Shown: positions 19,371 through 28,396 of the stretch, piece after piece
Position numbering within the stretch: the stretch's first letter is position 1
Layout of the letters: every line of letters starts with the position of its first letter
Source of the DNA: an uncultured virus (IMG/VR IMGVR_UViG_3300032270_000884)
Taxonomy: Duplodnaviria > Heunggongvirae > Uroviricota > Caudoviricetes
Virus record (IMG/VR): IMGVR_UViG_3300032270_000884
Reading direction: 5' to 3' (one strand)
DNA: 64,000 nt
Program-made: the position numbers and the translations under genes
The notes under the pieces: generated by a model
The model's database searches: none
Seen by the model: only the letters and a program-made list of their open reading frames with translations
What the model was told of the DNA's origin: nothing

Positions 19371-19976
19371 ATGGGAACAAAATTTTTAGTAATTGCCGGT
19401 AACGGTGAAACAACCAGAGTTAATGTAGAAGCGCTTTTAGAAGATTACTATCGAGGTAGCGGGAAAAATGATTTAGTTTTACTTTTGCCGTTTCAAGAAA
19501 GGCCTAGCCAAGGTCAGGTATGGGCGCATCAGGTCTCTAGTGATCTGGGAATTCCAACAACAGCCATTGCTCCAGAGAATGCTGTAATCATGAGCCTTGG
19601 GAGCGCAAGCCTTCACTCTGCTGCAAACCCAATTGCCGTAGTGTCTGAGATGGTGTCAGGTGAGGACGCAAGAGGGTTCTTGCTTTGGGATGAGGAAGAT
19701 TGGTTTGGTAAGACTGTATTTTCGGCCCTTCAAGAGGCCTCAGTGCCTTCCTACGACCTTTGTATGGGTCTAGTTGAGATATCACATCTAGAAAGAGCCG
19801 TAGAGCCCCAGGAGGTCGTTACAGCCGAAATCCCAGAATTTGAGACAGAACCAGATATAACTAAAAACCTTACGGCGTTACCGGTGATAGTAAGCGAAGA
19901 CTTGGCAAAAGCAATAGGCAAGGCTGTGGCCAATGCGGTAACTGAGGTTCTTGAAAAGTACGGTATTTCGGGATGA
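19371..19976 (+). CDS. hypothetical protein
   Basis: 201 aa, GAGGGG RBS, Rossmann-like start (LVIAGNG). Confidence 0.6.
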   Translation: MGTKFLVIAGNGETTRVNVEALLEDYYRGSGKNDLVLLLPFQERPSQGQVWAHQVSSDLGIPTTAIAPENAVIMSLGSASLHSAANPIAVVSEMVSGEDARGFLLWDEEDWFGKTVFSALQEASVPSYDLCMGLVEISHLERAVEPQEVVTAEIPEFETEPDITKNLTALPVIVSEDLAKAIGKAVANAVTEVLEKYGISG

Positions 19977-20851
19977 TGGGCGGTCTTTCTGCAAAAGCCT
20001 ATGGAATCCTTGTGGCAATTATTCAGCACAATTTAAGTATTTCAATTGATAACCTTCGTCTGTATTTTAATGAGGGGGAACGATCAATTGCATCGGGTTT
20101 AAAAGAGTTACGAACTAACGATTTTATTCAAACTAAAACGTATAGGATTGAAAATCGTTTAGTAACAATGTCGACAATAACCGAGAAAGCGGAGCGTCTT
20201 TTTTTTGGCGTAAACCCACAAAGTGTGGACCGACAAAACGTCGATACTGGTATCAGTAATGAGCATATAAGCAGAATTACTAATTCTACTGTTATAAGTA
20301 AAAAACAGACTCCGACGAAGTCGGAGGTATTATCAGAGACTGAAGAGTTTGAGGTGATTAACATGAGTGGTTGGGACGGTATTTTTTCTTCGACTTCCGA
20401 TGGTGAAGATTACTCAAAGGAAAAACGAAAGTCGGAGTTTAAAAAAAGTAAACGAGGTCTTTCGGTAAAACGTTCTGAGAGGCGATCAGTTCTTCCAAAG
20501 TCTGAATGGACTGTTTACGATGTCTGTTACGAGTTTGCTGAGCGAATTGACCAGCAGTGGGGGATTGAGCCGTGGAAAGTTACTCAAAGTAAATTTTCCG
20601 CTGCGCTAGGGGCGGCTAGGACTAGGCTTGATACTAACGGTGAAGTTGAAGTTAACGCTATGGATATATTCTTTAAGCAGATCTCAATTAGTGAATACAA
20701 AGATGCCGAGGTATTGTGGCGCCTCTTCGTTAGCCGATTACCGGGATTGATTGGACAAGCTGTACTATCAATTAAAACAGATGAAGATGTGCTTATGGCA
20801 GAAGAAGCGTGGGATAAGGCTCAAAGGTTCTTAAGGGGAGAAGATGTTTGA
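19973..20851 (+). CDS. putative replication initiator (N-terminal winged HTH)
   Basis: LSAKAYGIL...EGERSIASGLKEL...FI motif; directly upstream of DnaC-like gene. Confidence 0.65.
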   Translation: MMGGLSAKAYGILVAIIQHNLSISIDNLRLYFNEGERSIASGLKELRTNDFIQTKTYRIENRLVTMSTITEKAERLFFGVNPQSVDRQNVDTGISNEHISRITNSTVISKKQTPTKSEVLSETEEFEVINMSGWDGIFSSTSDGEDYSKEKRKSEFKKSKRGLSVKRSERRSVLPKSEWTVYDVCYEFAERIDQQWGIEPWKVTQSKFSAALGAARTRLDTNGEVEVNAMDIFFKQISISEYKDAEVLWRLFVSRLPGLIGQAVLSIKTDEDVLMAEEAWDKAQRFLRGEDV

Positions 20852-21524
20852 ACTTAAAGATATAAAACTGCGGCGTAGCAGTTGGATTAAAGCTGCGGGC
20901 ATTCCTAAAAAGTTACAAGGTTGGGAATACTCTGATTGCAAATCTGTTGATCCAAAGTTTTTAACTACCCTTTCCGATTGGGAAGCCATGGTTCAAGAAG
21001 GAAAGATTATTAACGCTATAGGACAACGGTCTTGTGGTCGTGGCGTTGCTTTATACGGCGAACCAGGTAATGGTAAAACAACTTTAGTTGCAACCATGCT
21101 TCAAAACATGATGCGAACTTCTTCCTTAGATATTTTTGCGCTAAATGATGTCCGCCCTTGTTACTTTATAACTTACGCTGGGTTGCTTGACCTTAAGGGC
21201 GAGATGATGAGCGATGAGATTGAAGAAAGCAGAGCAACCCTCTATGCTGGAATTATGGGGGAGTGTTTAGACGAGAACAGAAACGTAAAGGTTCTTGTCA
21301 TCGATGATGTCGGTAGAGAGCACGGAAGTTCAAGCGGGTGGAATAAAAACATGCTTCACCATGTGTTAAGAAGTAGGTTTAACCAAGGACTTCCTACTAT
21401 TGTTACTTCTAATATCCCATTGGGTAAGTGGAAGGATTTCTACGGGGACGCAACAGCCAGCTTTGCCCATGAGGCTTTTGTTAATATTGATTTACAATCT
21501 ATCAAGGGAGACTTAAGGAGATGA
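20844..21524 (+). CDS. DnaC/IstB-like AAA+ helicase loader
   Basis: Walker A GEPGNGKT, Walker B LVIDDVG, R....PTIVTSN. Confidence 0.9.
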   Translation: MFELKDIKLRRSSWIKAAGIPKKLQGWEYSDCKSVDPKFLTTLSDWEAMVQEGKIINAIGQRSCGRGVALYGEPGNGKTTLVATMLQNMMRTSSLDIFALNDVRPCYFITYAGLLDLKGEMMSDEIEESRATLYAGIMGECLDENRNVKVLVIDDVGREHGSSSGWNKNMLHHVLRSRFNQGLPTIVTSNIPLGKWKDFYGDATASFAHEAFVNIDLQSIKGDLRR

Positions 21525-21829
21525 GAGCGTCAGTGGATCAAGTTAAGCTGCTTCAAGTGTTCTTAAGCCCAACCCAATCACCGGGACCAAGCATTTTTGA
21601 AGTAAGCGTTAAACCTAATGGTGACTTACTCTGCACCTGTCCCGGATTTAAAGGAAGAACTACCTGTAAACATACTAGGTTTGTTAACGCCAGAATTGAA
21701 TCTAATGGCGGAGTTTATCCATTAGAGATATCTAAACGTGCTACCGAAGAAGATACCGACATGGCCAAAAGGTCTCCAAGCGCTTACAGAGACTTTGTTC
21801 TTAATTTTGGCAAGATAGAAGTTTTTTAA
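21521..21829 (+). CDS. SWIM zinc-finger protein
   Basis: CTCPGF....TCKH motif. Confidence 0.8.
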   Translation: MRASVDQVKLLQVFLSPTQSPGPSIFEVSVKPNGDLLCTCPGFKGRTTCKHTRFVNARIESNGGVYPLEISKRATEEDTDMAKRSPSAYRDFVLNFGKIEVF

Positions 21830-22240
21830 ATGCAGTACGGGGATATTAGTAACGACATACCGCAAAGGATTATTGTTACTACGGATGTGTTTGTAATGCT
21901 TGAAATGGAAAAGTTGCCTAAGAAGTACAAGATTTTTAAACAATCACGCAAAAAAGTTTCTTTTAAAAAAGAAGTGCTTAGCCAATTATTTTTATGGGCA
22001 GTTCAAACGCCTTACGTAGTTGAGTTGGCTTCTTTTGATCTAGACCAAGAAGAACTTCAAAAAGTTTTAGACACGCTAGACAAGTACGGCACTAACCCAT
22101 TTAGACATTGCAACGCCTACGAGTCTGTTGACTTTTTAGTTAAGCAATTGCCTTACCGACCTGAAATTTTGGGAGTTATCGATAGGCCTGATAGATTGAT
22201 GCGCTACGGACACTGGGGAATGGACTTAACACGGTTATGA
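21830..22240 (+). CDS. hypothetical protein
   Basis: 136 aa, translationally coupled in replication operon. Confidence 0.65.
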   Translation: MQYGDISNDIPQRIIVTTDVFVMLEMEKLPKKYKIFKQSRKKVSFKKEVLSQLFLWAVQTPYVVELASFDLDQEELQKVLDTLDKYGTNPFRHCNAYESVDFLVKQLPYRPEILGVIDRPDRLMRYGHWGMDLTRL

Positions 22241-23478
22241 ACAATGAGAAACGCTTATTAAGCAAGGCCATAGCCGACCGCAACCTAACTCCTTTATTTG
22301 ACCGTAATGTTACGCCTTCTTGGTTTTCAGACGAAGCCGATAAAAAGATTTGGGTATATGTAAGGGAGCACTATTCTCGCTACGGAGAATGCCCAAGCCT
22401 TGATATTGTTAAAGAGAACTATCCTTCCTACGAACTGGTTCCAGTAAACGACTCTATTGATTATTTATTAGATGCCTTATCCAGTTCCAGACGGAAGATC
22501 TATACGGCAAACATCCTTAGGGATGCAATTGAAAAACTTGATCGTGAACAAGACCACGACGCAGCTTTGCAGGTTATGCAAGCTGGTGTTATTAAGATGG
22601 ATGAGCAAGGGTTTAGCGAAACTAACGATGTTGATATCACAGAGGGAAAACAATTAGACAAGCGTTGGGAACGATATCAAGAGCGTAAATTAATTCCCAA
22701 TGGTCTTTTGGGATACCCAACAGGTTTTCCAACTATTGATAAAGTTACTAACGGTCTTCAAGACGAACAGTTAATTGTTATTACAGCAACCCCAAAGACT
22801 GGTAAATCAACAGTTGCTATGCAGGTTGCAATTAACATCCACGTTGAGTCTGAAGTAATGCCTATGTTTTATTCATTTGAAATGAGTAACAGAGAGCAAG
22901 AAGATCGTTACGACTCAATGCGTGCTCGCATTTCTCATCAACGTTTAATAACTGGAACTCTAACCCCAGACGAAGAGATGCGCTACCAGCGGTTGGTTAC
23001 TCAAAGAATGCGTGACGATAGAGAAAAGTTTTGGCTTGTAGATTCTTCTTCAGGTTCTACTTTGTCCGGCGTTACCGCCAAACTTCAATTGCATAGACCA
23101 AGCATTTTATTTATTGACGGTATGTATTTGATGACCGACGAGCAAACTGGTGAACAGAACACTCCTCAAGCCCTTACTAACTTGACTCGTGGGTTTAAGC
23201 GTTTAGCTCAGAACTTTAAAATTCCTATTGTTATTACAACCCAGTCTTTAGATTGGAAAAAGAGCAAGGGTAAGTTAACCGCTAATTCGATTGGTTACTC
23301 ATCTTCTTTCTTCCAAGATGCTGACGTTTTGTTCGGTCTTGAAAAGCCAGAAGAAAGCGATGACCAAACTCGTATTCTTAGTGTTCTTGCAAGCCGTAAC
23401 TCTGGACCAGGTTCTACATTCTTAACGTGGGCTTGGGACGAAGGTACTTTCCGTGAGATGTCAGGTGAAGACGCATGA
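22237..23478 (+). CDS. dnaB: DnaB-like replicative helicase
   Basis: PTGF..ID....GL, ATPKTGKS, SFEMS, FIDGMY, TQ, QDAD motifs. Confidence 0.93.
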   Translation: MNNEKRLLSKAIADRNLTPLFDRNVTPSWFSDEADKKIWVYVREHYSRYGECPSLDIVKENYPSYELVPVNDSIDYLLDALSSSRRKIYTANILRDAIEKLDREQDHDAALQVMQAGVIKMDEQGFSETNDVDITEGKQLDKRWERYQERKLIPNGLLGYPTGFPTIDKVTNGLQDEQLIVITATPKTGKSTVAMQVAINIHVESEVMPMFYSFEMSNREQEDRYDSMRARISHQRLITGTLTPDEEMRYQRLVTQRMRDDREKFWLVDSSSGSTLSGVTAKLQLHRPSILFIDGMYLMTDEQTGEQNTPQALTNLTRGFKRLAQNFKIPIVITTQSLDWKKSKGKLTANSIGYSSSFFQDADVLFGLEKPEESDDQTRILSVLASRNSGPGSTFLTWAWDEGTFREMSGEDA

Positions 23479-24422
23479 CAGTTGAAGACATGGAAGATTT
23501 TCTTAAGGGACTTGGTATAGAAACTTACGGCGTTCGCGGTTCAGAGGTAAAGGGTCTTTGCCCTGGTCACTTTGACCGAACTGGAAAACAAGACCACAAC
23601 CCATCGTGGTCTATCAATGCTGACACTGGAGCGCATAACTGTTTCTCTTGTGGATTTCGCGGAGGATTGCAGTACCTTGTTTCATACGTTAATGGAATAC
23701 CTATGGAGCAAGCTGAAGAGTGGGTTAAGACAACCACCAGCGATCTATCAATGCGTTTAGAGCGAGCGCTTAACCCAAAACCAAAAGTAGTTGAAAGTTC
23801 AATTACAATTACAGAGGCCAACCTTGCCGCCTATGTAGCGCCCCCAGTTGAGTTACTTCGTAGTCGCGGCATAACACCAGAAGCAGCCGCTTTATATGGA
23901 ATTTTGTACGACGCTAGAAAAGAATCTTGGATTCTTCCTATTCGTGACATGAGTGGAAAACTACTTGGTTGGCAGGAGAAAGGCGCTAAGGGGCGTTACT
24001 TTAGGAACTACCCAGCCGGTATTCAGAAGAGCCATTCGTTATTTGGATACCAGCAATACACTGGCGGGACAATGGTAGTAGTCGAGTCCCCACTAGACGT
24101 GGCGCGTATGGCGTCTGTAGGCGTTTTTGGAGGGGTTTCTACATACGGCACAGCCGTGTCTAAAGACCAGCTAAACGTAATTAAGGGCGCTGATCGCGTT
24201 GTAGTTGCTATGGACAATGACGAGGCCGGTCATCAAGCTGCTCAAGATTTTCTTAAGAAGTCTATAGACATGTGGTTTGAGTGCTGGTTCTTCGATTACT
24301 CTGGGATTGATTGGGTTGAGCGCTCTAGCGTTAAGGATGTTGGCGCTATGAGTAAGTCTGAGATAGTCTACGGAATTGAGAATGCAAAGCACGCACTACA
24401 CGGGGAGAACGCACTGTCATGA
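23475..24422 (+). CDS. DNA primase (CHC2 zinc finger + TOPRIM)
   Basis: CPGH...CFSC zinc finger; VVESPLD and MDNDEAG TOPRIM motifs. Confidence 0.92.
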   Translation: MTVEDMEDFLKGLGIETYGVRGSEVKGLCPGHFDRTGKQDHNPSWSINADTGAHNCFSCGFRGGLQYLVSYVNGIPMEQAEEWVKTTTSDLSMRLERALNPKPKVVESSITITEANLAAYVAPPVELLRSRGITPEAAALYGILYDARKESWILPIRDMSGKLLGWQEKGAKGRYFRNYPAGIQKSHSLFGYQQYTGGTMVVVESPLDVARMASVGVFGGVSTYGTAVSKDQLNVIKGADRVVVAMDNDEAGHQAAQDFLKKSIDMWFECWFFDYSGIDWVERSSVKDVGAMSKSEIVYGIENAKHALHGENALS

Positions 24423-24970
24423 TTATTGGACTATCAGGTTACGCACAGTCTGGAAAAGACACGGTTGCAAAAGTTCTTGTTGAAAAATACGGATACCGTC
24501 GCGTTGCATTTGCCGACCCAATACGTAATCTTCTTTATGGCATGGATCCTTTGGTCCCTAAAGGATACGGTGAAAGCGTTATTAACTACAGGCTACAAGA
24601 CTTAGTAGATTCCTATGGGTGGGAAAAAATTAAAGTGGATTACCCCGAGGTCAGACGTCTTTTACAAGACGTGGGTGTAGAAGCAAGAAGATTATTTGGG
24701 GATACTTTTTGGATTTATCAAGCGCTGTCTGACGTAGCCCCACAAGACAAAGTTGTTGTGTCTGACGTTAGGTTTAAAAATGAAGCCGAATGGATTCAAG
24801 AATTTGGCGGGCAAATCTGGAGAATTAAACGGATTGGAACCGCTGCGGTAAACGACCACGTTTCAGAGTCCGAAATGGATGGCTATAAGGTAGATCAAAT
24901 TTTTGTTAACAACGGGACCGTAAGCGATCTTGAAATGTTAATAAGAACTAGGATGCAGTCTTACCAATGA
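24419..24970 (+). CDS. deoxynucleoside monophosphate kinase
   Basis: IIGLSGYAQSGKDT, AFADPIR, RRLLQ, SDVRFKNE, HVSE. Confidence 0.92.
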   Translation: MIIGLSGYAQSGKDTVAKVLVEKYGYRRVAFADPIRNLLYGMDPLVPKGYGESVINYRLQDLVDSYGWEKIKVDYPEVRRLLQDVGVEARRLFGDTFWIYQALSDVAPQDKVVVSDVRFKNEAEWIQEFGGQIWRIKRIGTAAVNDHVSESEMDGYKVDQIFVNNGTVSDLEMLIRTRMQSYQ

Positions 24971-26559
24971 CCTTTACAGGAACGCTTCTTCCTTATCAAC
25001 CAGAAGCTGTAAAGAAGATGGTTGAAAGACATAAAGTTCTTGTGGCTTATGATTTGGGCTTAGGCAAAACAGTGCTGACTATTGCTGCCGTCGAAGACCT
25101 TATGGATAAAGGCGATATAAAAGAGCCCGGTTTGGTAATCTGTCTGTCTTCACTTAAGTACCAGTGGGCTAATCAGATTGAGAAATTTACTAATGGAACT
25201 TCACAGGCTTTGGTTATTGATGGAACCAAGAATCAGAGAGCAGAGCAGTACGCTCAGGCCTACAACTGGCGTGAAACAAAGATTGATTACGTTGTCCTTA
25301 ACTATGAGCAAATTGTTAACGACTGGGATGCCGTCAAGAAATTACCACGAGGATTTATAGTAATTGACGAAGCGACTGCTATTAAGTCGTTTAAGTCAAA
25401 AAGATCTAAAGCCGTTAAACGAATGGCTAACGCCCCGTTCAAATTTGCATTAACGGGAACACCCATAGAGAATGGGAAACCAGAAGAAGTCTTTAGCATT
25501 ATGCAATTTGTTGATGACTCCGTACTAGGAAGGTTTGATATATTTGATAAAGCCTTTATTGTTCGTAATAATTGGGGTGGAGTCCAGCGTTATCGCAATT
25601 TGCCTACTCTTCATGAGAGACTTAAAGAAGCAAGTGTTAGAAAGTCGCAAAAAGATTCAGATGTTGCGCCTCACCTACCAGATTCCATCCATAGTGAGCC
25701 GCTTTTCATCACGTTCGATAGACGAAGTGCCAAGTTATACGACAGAATTAGAAAAGACCTTTTAGCCGATTTAGCTGAAGCAACCGCTTTGTTTGGCAGT
25801 AACTTTAATATTTTTTCACATTACGGGGTACAAAACAACAAAGGTAACTTTGAAGAAAATGAGTGGCGTGGAAAAATTATGTCAAAAGTTGGTGCTCTTA
25901 AAATGTTGTGTTCCCACCCAGACTTACTACGGACAAGCGCTAAAAAATATTTAACTTCTAACGGAGAAGGTTCTTCTTACGCTAATGAATTAGTAGAGTC
26001 TGGATACCTTGAGGGCATCGAACAATCTGCAAAATTAACCGCTTTGGTACAATACGTTAAAGACTTCTTAGATCAATCTGATGAAAATAAAGTAGTTATT
26101 TTTGCAACTTATGTTGATATGACAGACAAGATTGCAGAAGCGCTCGCCACGTACGGTACAAAAACCTACACCGGGCGGTTGGACGCTAAGACTAAAGAGG
26201 AGAATAAAATTGCTCTTAACACTGATCCTAATGTTCGTGTTCTTGTTTCTTCCGATGCTGGCGGGTATGGTGTCGATCTTCCGGCGGCTAACCTCCTTGT
26301 CAACTACGACCTTCCGTGGTCATCAGGAGGGGCAACCCAACGCAACGGACGAATAATGCGTGCGTCCTCAAAATGGCCCAGCATTGTTATTCAAGACTTT
26401 TTAATGGATGGGTCAATAGAGGTAAGACAGCATGAGATGCTTCAGCATAAAAATGCCGTAGCAAGCGCTGTAATTGACGGTGAAGGCATAAACACAGAGG
26501 GCGGGATTGACTTTAGTTTGTCCAGTTTGAACCAGTTTTTGCTTAACCGCTCCGTGTAA
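24967..26559 (+). CDS. SNF2-family helicase
   Basis: DLGLGKT, IDEA, LTGTPIEN, GYGVDL, YDLPWS, QRNGRI. Confidence 0.92.
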   Translation: MTFTGTLLPYQPEAVKKMVERHKVLVAYDLGLGKTVLTIAAVEDLMDKGDIKEPGLVICLSSLKYQWANQIEKFTNGTSQALVIDGTKNQRAEQYAQAYNWRETKIDYVVLNYEQIVNDWDAVKKLPRGFIVIDEATAIKSFKSKRSKAVKRMANAPFKFALTGTPIENGKPEEVFSIMQFVDDSVLGRFDIFDKAFIVRNNWGGVQRYRNLPTLHERLKEASVRKSQKDSDVAPHLPDSIHSEPLFITFDRRSAKLYDRIRKDLLADLAEATALFGSNFNIFSHYGVQNNKGNFEENEWRGKIMSKVGALKMLCSHPDLLRTSAKKYLTSNGEGSSYANELVESGYLEGIEQSAKLTALVQYVKDFLDQSDENKVVIFATYVDMTDKIAEALATYGTKTYTGRLDAKTKEENKIALNTDPNVRVLVSSDAGGYGVDLPAANLLVNYDLPWSSGGATQRNGRIMRASSKWPSIVIQDFLMDGSIEVRQHEMLQHKNAVASAVIDGEGINTEGGIDFSLSSLNQFLLNRSV

Positions 26560-26568
26560 ACTAGACAG

Positions 26569-26715
26569 ATGCCTAATGCACCAAAGACCCCAACTCGGAC
26601 AATTCGAGTGGCAGACGACCTATGGCTTGCCGTTCAACGCAAGGCTGCCAAAGAGGGCGTAACCGTGACCAGCGTCATAATTAAGGCGCTTGAGGAGTAC
26701 AAAACCGCCGAGTAA
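26569..26715 (+). CDS. ribbon-helix-helix DNA-binding protein (48 aa)
   Basis: MPNAPKTPTRTIRVADDLWLAVQRKAAKEGVTVTSVIIKALEEYKTAE; leaderless TAAACT promoter. Confidence 0.8.
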   Translation: MPNAPKTPTRTIRVADDLWLAVQRKAAKEGVTVTSVIIKALEEYKTAE

Positions 26716-26785
26716 GGCGTGGCTTCCCAGATTTGTCAGTCCCCCCAGGTATGGTATAGATTCCAACCAAGAAAAGGGGATACAA

Positions 26786-27175
26786 ATGTCAGACATCAAA
26801 CAGCTTACAAATGAAGCTAAGCAATACCTAGAACTTAAGAAGCAAATTAAGTTTTTAGAAGAACGCCAAAAAGAAATCAAAGAGCGTTTAAACCAAGCGG
26901 TTCAAGAACTTGGTGAGACCGATGGCCGTGGGCACATCACACTAGAACTCGACGAAGACCTGAAGGTAACAAACCAACGTCGTGTTTCAAAAACACTTAA
27001 CATGGATGTTGCAGACACGTTGCTTGCAGAACGTGGCATCAAAGAAGACTGCATCATTATGATCCCAACCGTTAGCGAAGACGCAATTATGGCTGCGTTT
27101 TATAAGGGACAACTTTCAGAGGAAGACATTGATTCAATGTTCCCAGCAAAGGTTTCATACGCGTTCGTACTATGA
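26786..27175 (+). CDS. coiled-coil hypothetical protein
   Basis: start moved to ATG 26786 behind AGGGGA RBS. Confidence 0.7.
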   Translation: MSDIKQLTNEAKQYLELKKQIKFLEERQKEIKERLNQAVQELGETDGRGHITLELDEDLKVTNQRRVSKTLNMDVADTLLAERGIKEDCIIMIPTVSEDAIMAAFYKGQLSEEDIDSMFPAKVSYAFVL

Positions 27176-27624
27176 CAGAAGATTTTATTGATCAGACGTT
27201 TGGTGATTTATATTATCCAAATAGTAAACGCAAACGTCGTGAACCAGTTGTAAAAGAAGTTAAAGAGGTATTTTGGGATTCACACCCAAGACCTACAACA
27301 CTTCCTAATGGACAAAAAATAGATTTGTTCACTATAGGGGCTTTAGCAAAAGCGCTAGACCGCCCAGTGGTAACACTAAAACTATGGATGAACGAAGGGC
27401 ACTTACCAACATCGCCTTACCGCTTACCCACTAAAACGGATAAGTTAGGAAAAGAACGACAAGGTAGGCGCTTATATAGCCGCTCAATGATCGAATCCGC
27501 GATTAACACTTTTACTAAGTTTGGCGTTTTGCACGTGAAGCGTATAGACTGGTCTAAGTACCGAGAGGTCACTGAAGAAATAGCCAAAGCTTGGGAACAA
27601 TCCCTAGCTGAGGAAACTGCTTAA
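27172..27624 (+). CDS. MerR-like HTH DNA-binding protein
   Basis: FTIGALAKALDR...TLKLW...G.LP...RRLYS. Confidence 0.8.
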   Translation: MTEDFIDQTFGDLYYPNSKRKRREPVVKEVKEVFWDSHPRPTTLPNGQKIDLFTIGALAKALDRPVVTLKLWMNEGHLPTSPYRLPTKTDKLGKERQGRRLYSRSMIESAINTFTKFGVLHVKRIDWSKYREVTEEIAKAWEQSLAEETA

Positions 27625-27661
27625 CTAACTGCACATAACTGCGAAAAGGAGAAAACCGCCC

Positions 27662-28333
27662 ATGGGCGTAAATCAAACAGCACCGGATGCATCGACATAC
27701 GGCACAGTAGAAGACGAGTCTTTCTCAGTAGAAGATCGTCCAATTCAAACAACATCAACAAGCACCTCAATCCAGTCGGGTTGGGAAGCTGCAGAACAAC
27801 TTGTACCAGTTCAGACAGAATTTCCAACTGAATTCAAGCATTCTGAAACATTCCAGTTAGTACGTTTTATCGATACTGCTGGTCCATTTGCTAACTATCG
27901 TCAACACTTCCTAAAGGAAAAGACCGAAGGCCGACGTTCTTACGTATGCCTTGGTGACACATGCCCGCTTTGCTTAAAGTTAAACGATAAGCCAGAGATT
28001 AAGCGTGCTTTTTCCATTATCAATCTGACTAATAAGCCATACCAACGTCAGATGCTTATTGCTACACCACGTTTGTATAAAACATTGCATGCGGGAGAGT
28101 TTTCGCCACAAGGTCCTTTAACAAAGAACTATTGGGCGATTAGTCGCACGGGAATTAAGCAGCAAACTGTATACAACTTGATGTCAGTAAAGGCGCGAGA
28201 TCTCCAAGAGGATTGGGGAATTGTCGAAGCCGAAGCAGAAGCAGCAATTGCTAATTTCAAACCATTTGAGCGTTCAGCTATTCGTGAGGACAATCACGCC
28301 GCGCTTGTTGAAATTGCAGATAGCCTGCTCTAA
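27662..28333 (+). CDS. putative ssDNA-binding protein (gp32-like)
   Basis: VRFI...YRQHF...YVC....CPLC and ISRTG...TVY; adjacent to polymerase. Confidence 0.65.
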   Translation: MGVNQTAPDASTYGTVEDESFSVEDRPIQTTSTSTSIQSGWEAAEQLVPVQTEFPTEFKHSETFQLVRFIDTAGPFANYRQHFLKEKTEGRRSYVCLGDTCPLCLKLNDKPEIKRAFSIINLTNKPYQRQMLIATPRLYKTLHAGEFSPQGPLTKNYWAISRTGIKQQTVYNLMSVKARDLQEDWGIVEAEAEAAIANFKPFERSAIREDNHAALVEIADSLL

Positions 28334-28344
28334 CCAATAGATGT

Positions 28345-28392
28345 CTGGAGGCGCTAGATTAATCCCCCTAGCGCCTCTAGGCTTTGGGGGAT
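28345..28392 (+). promoter_or_regulatory. 13-bp hairpin with anti-SD loop upstream of polA
   Basis: CTGGAGGCGCTAG / CTAGCGCCTCTAG stem; loop ATCCCC is complementary to RBS GGGGAT at 28387-28392. Confidence 0.6.
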
Positions 28393-28396
28393 ACTT

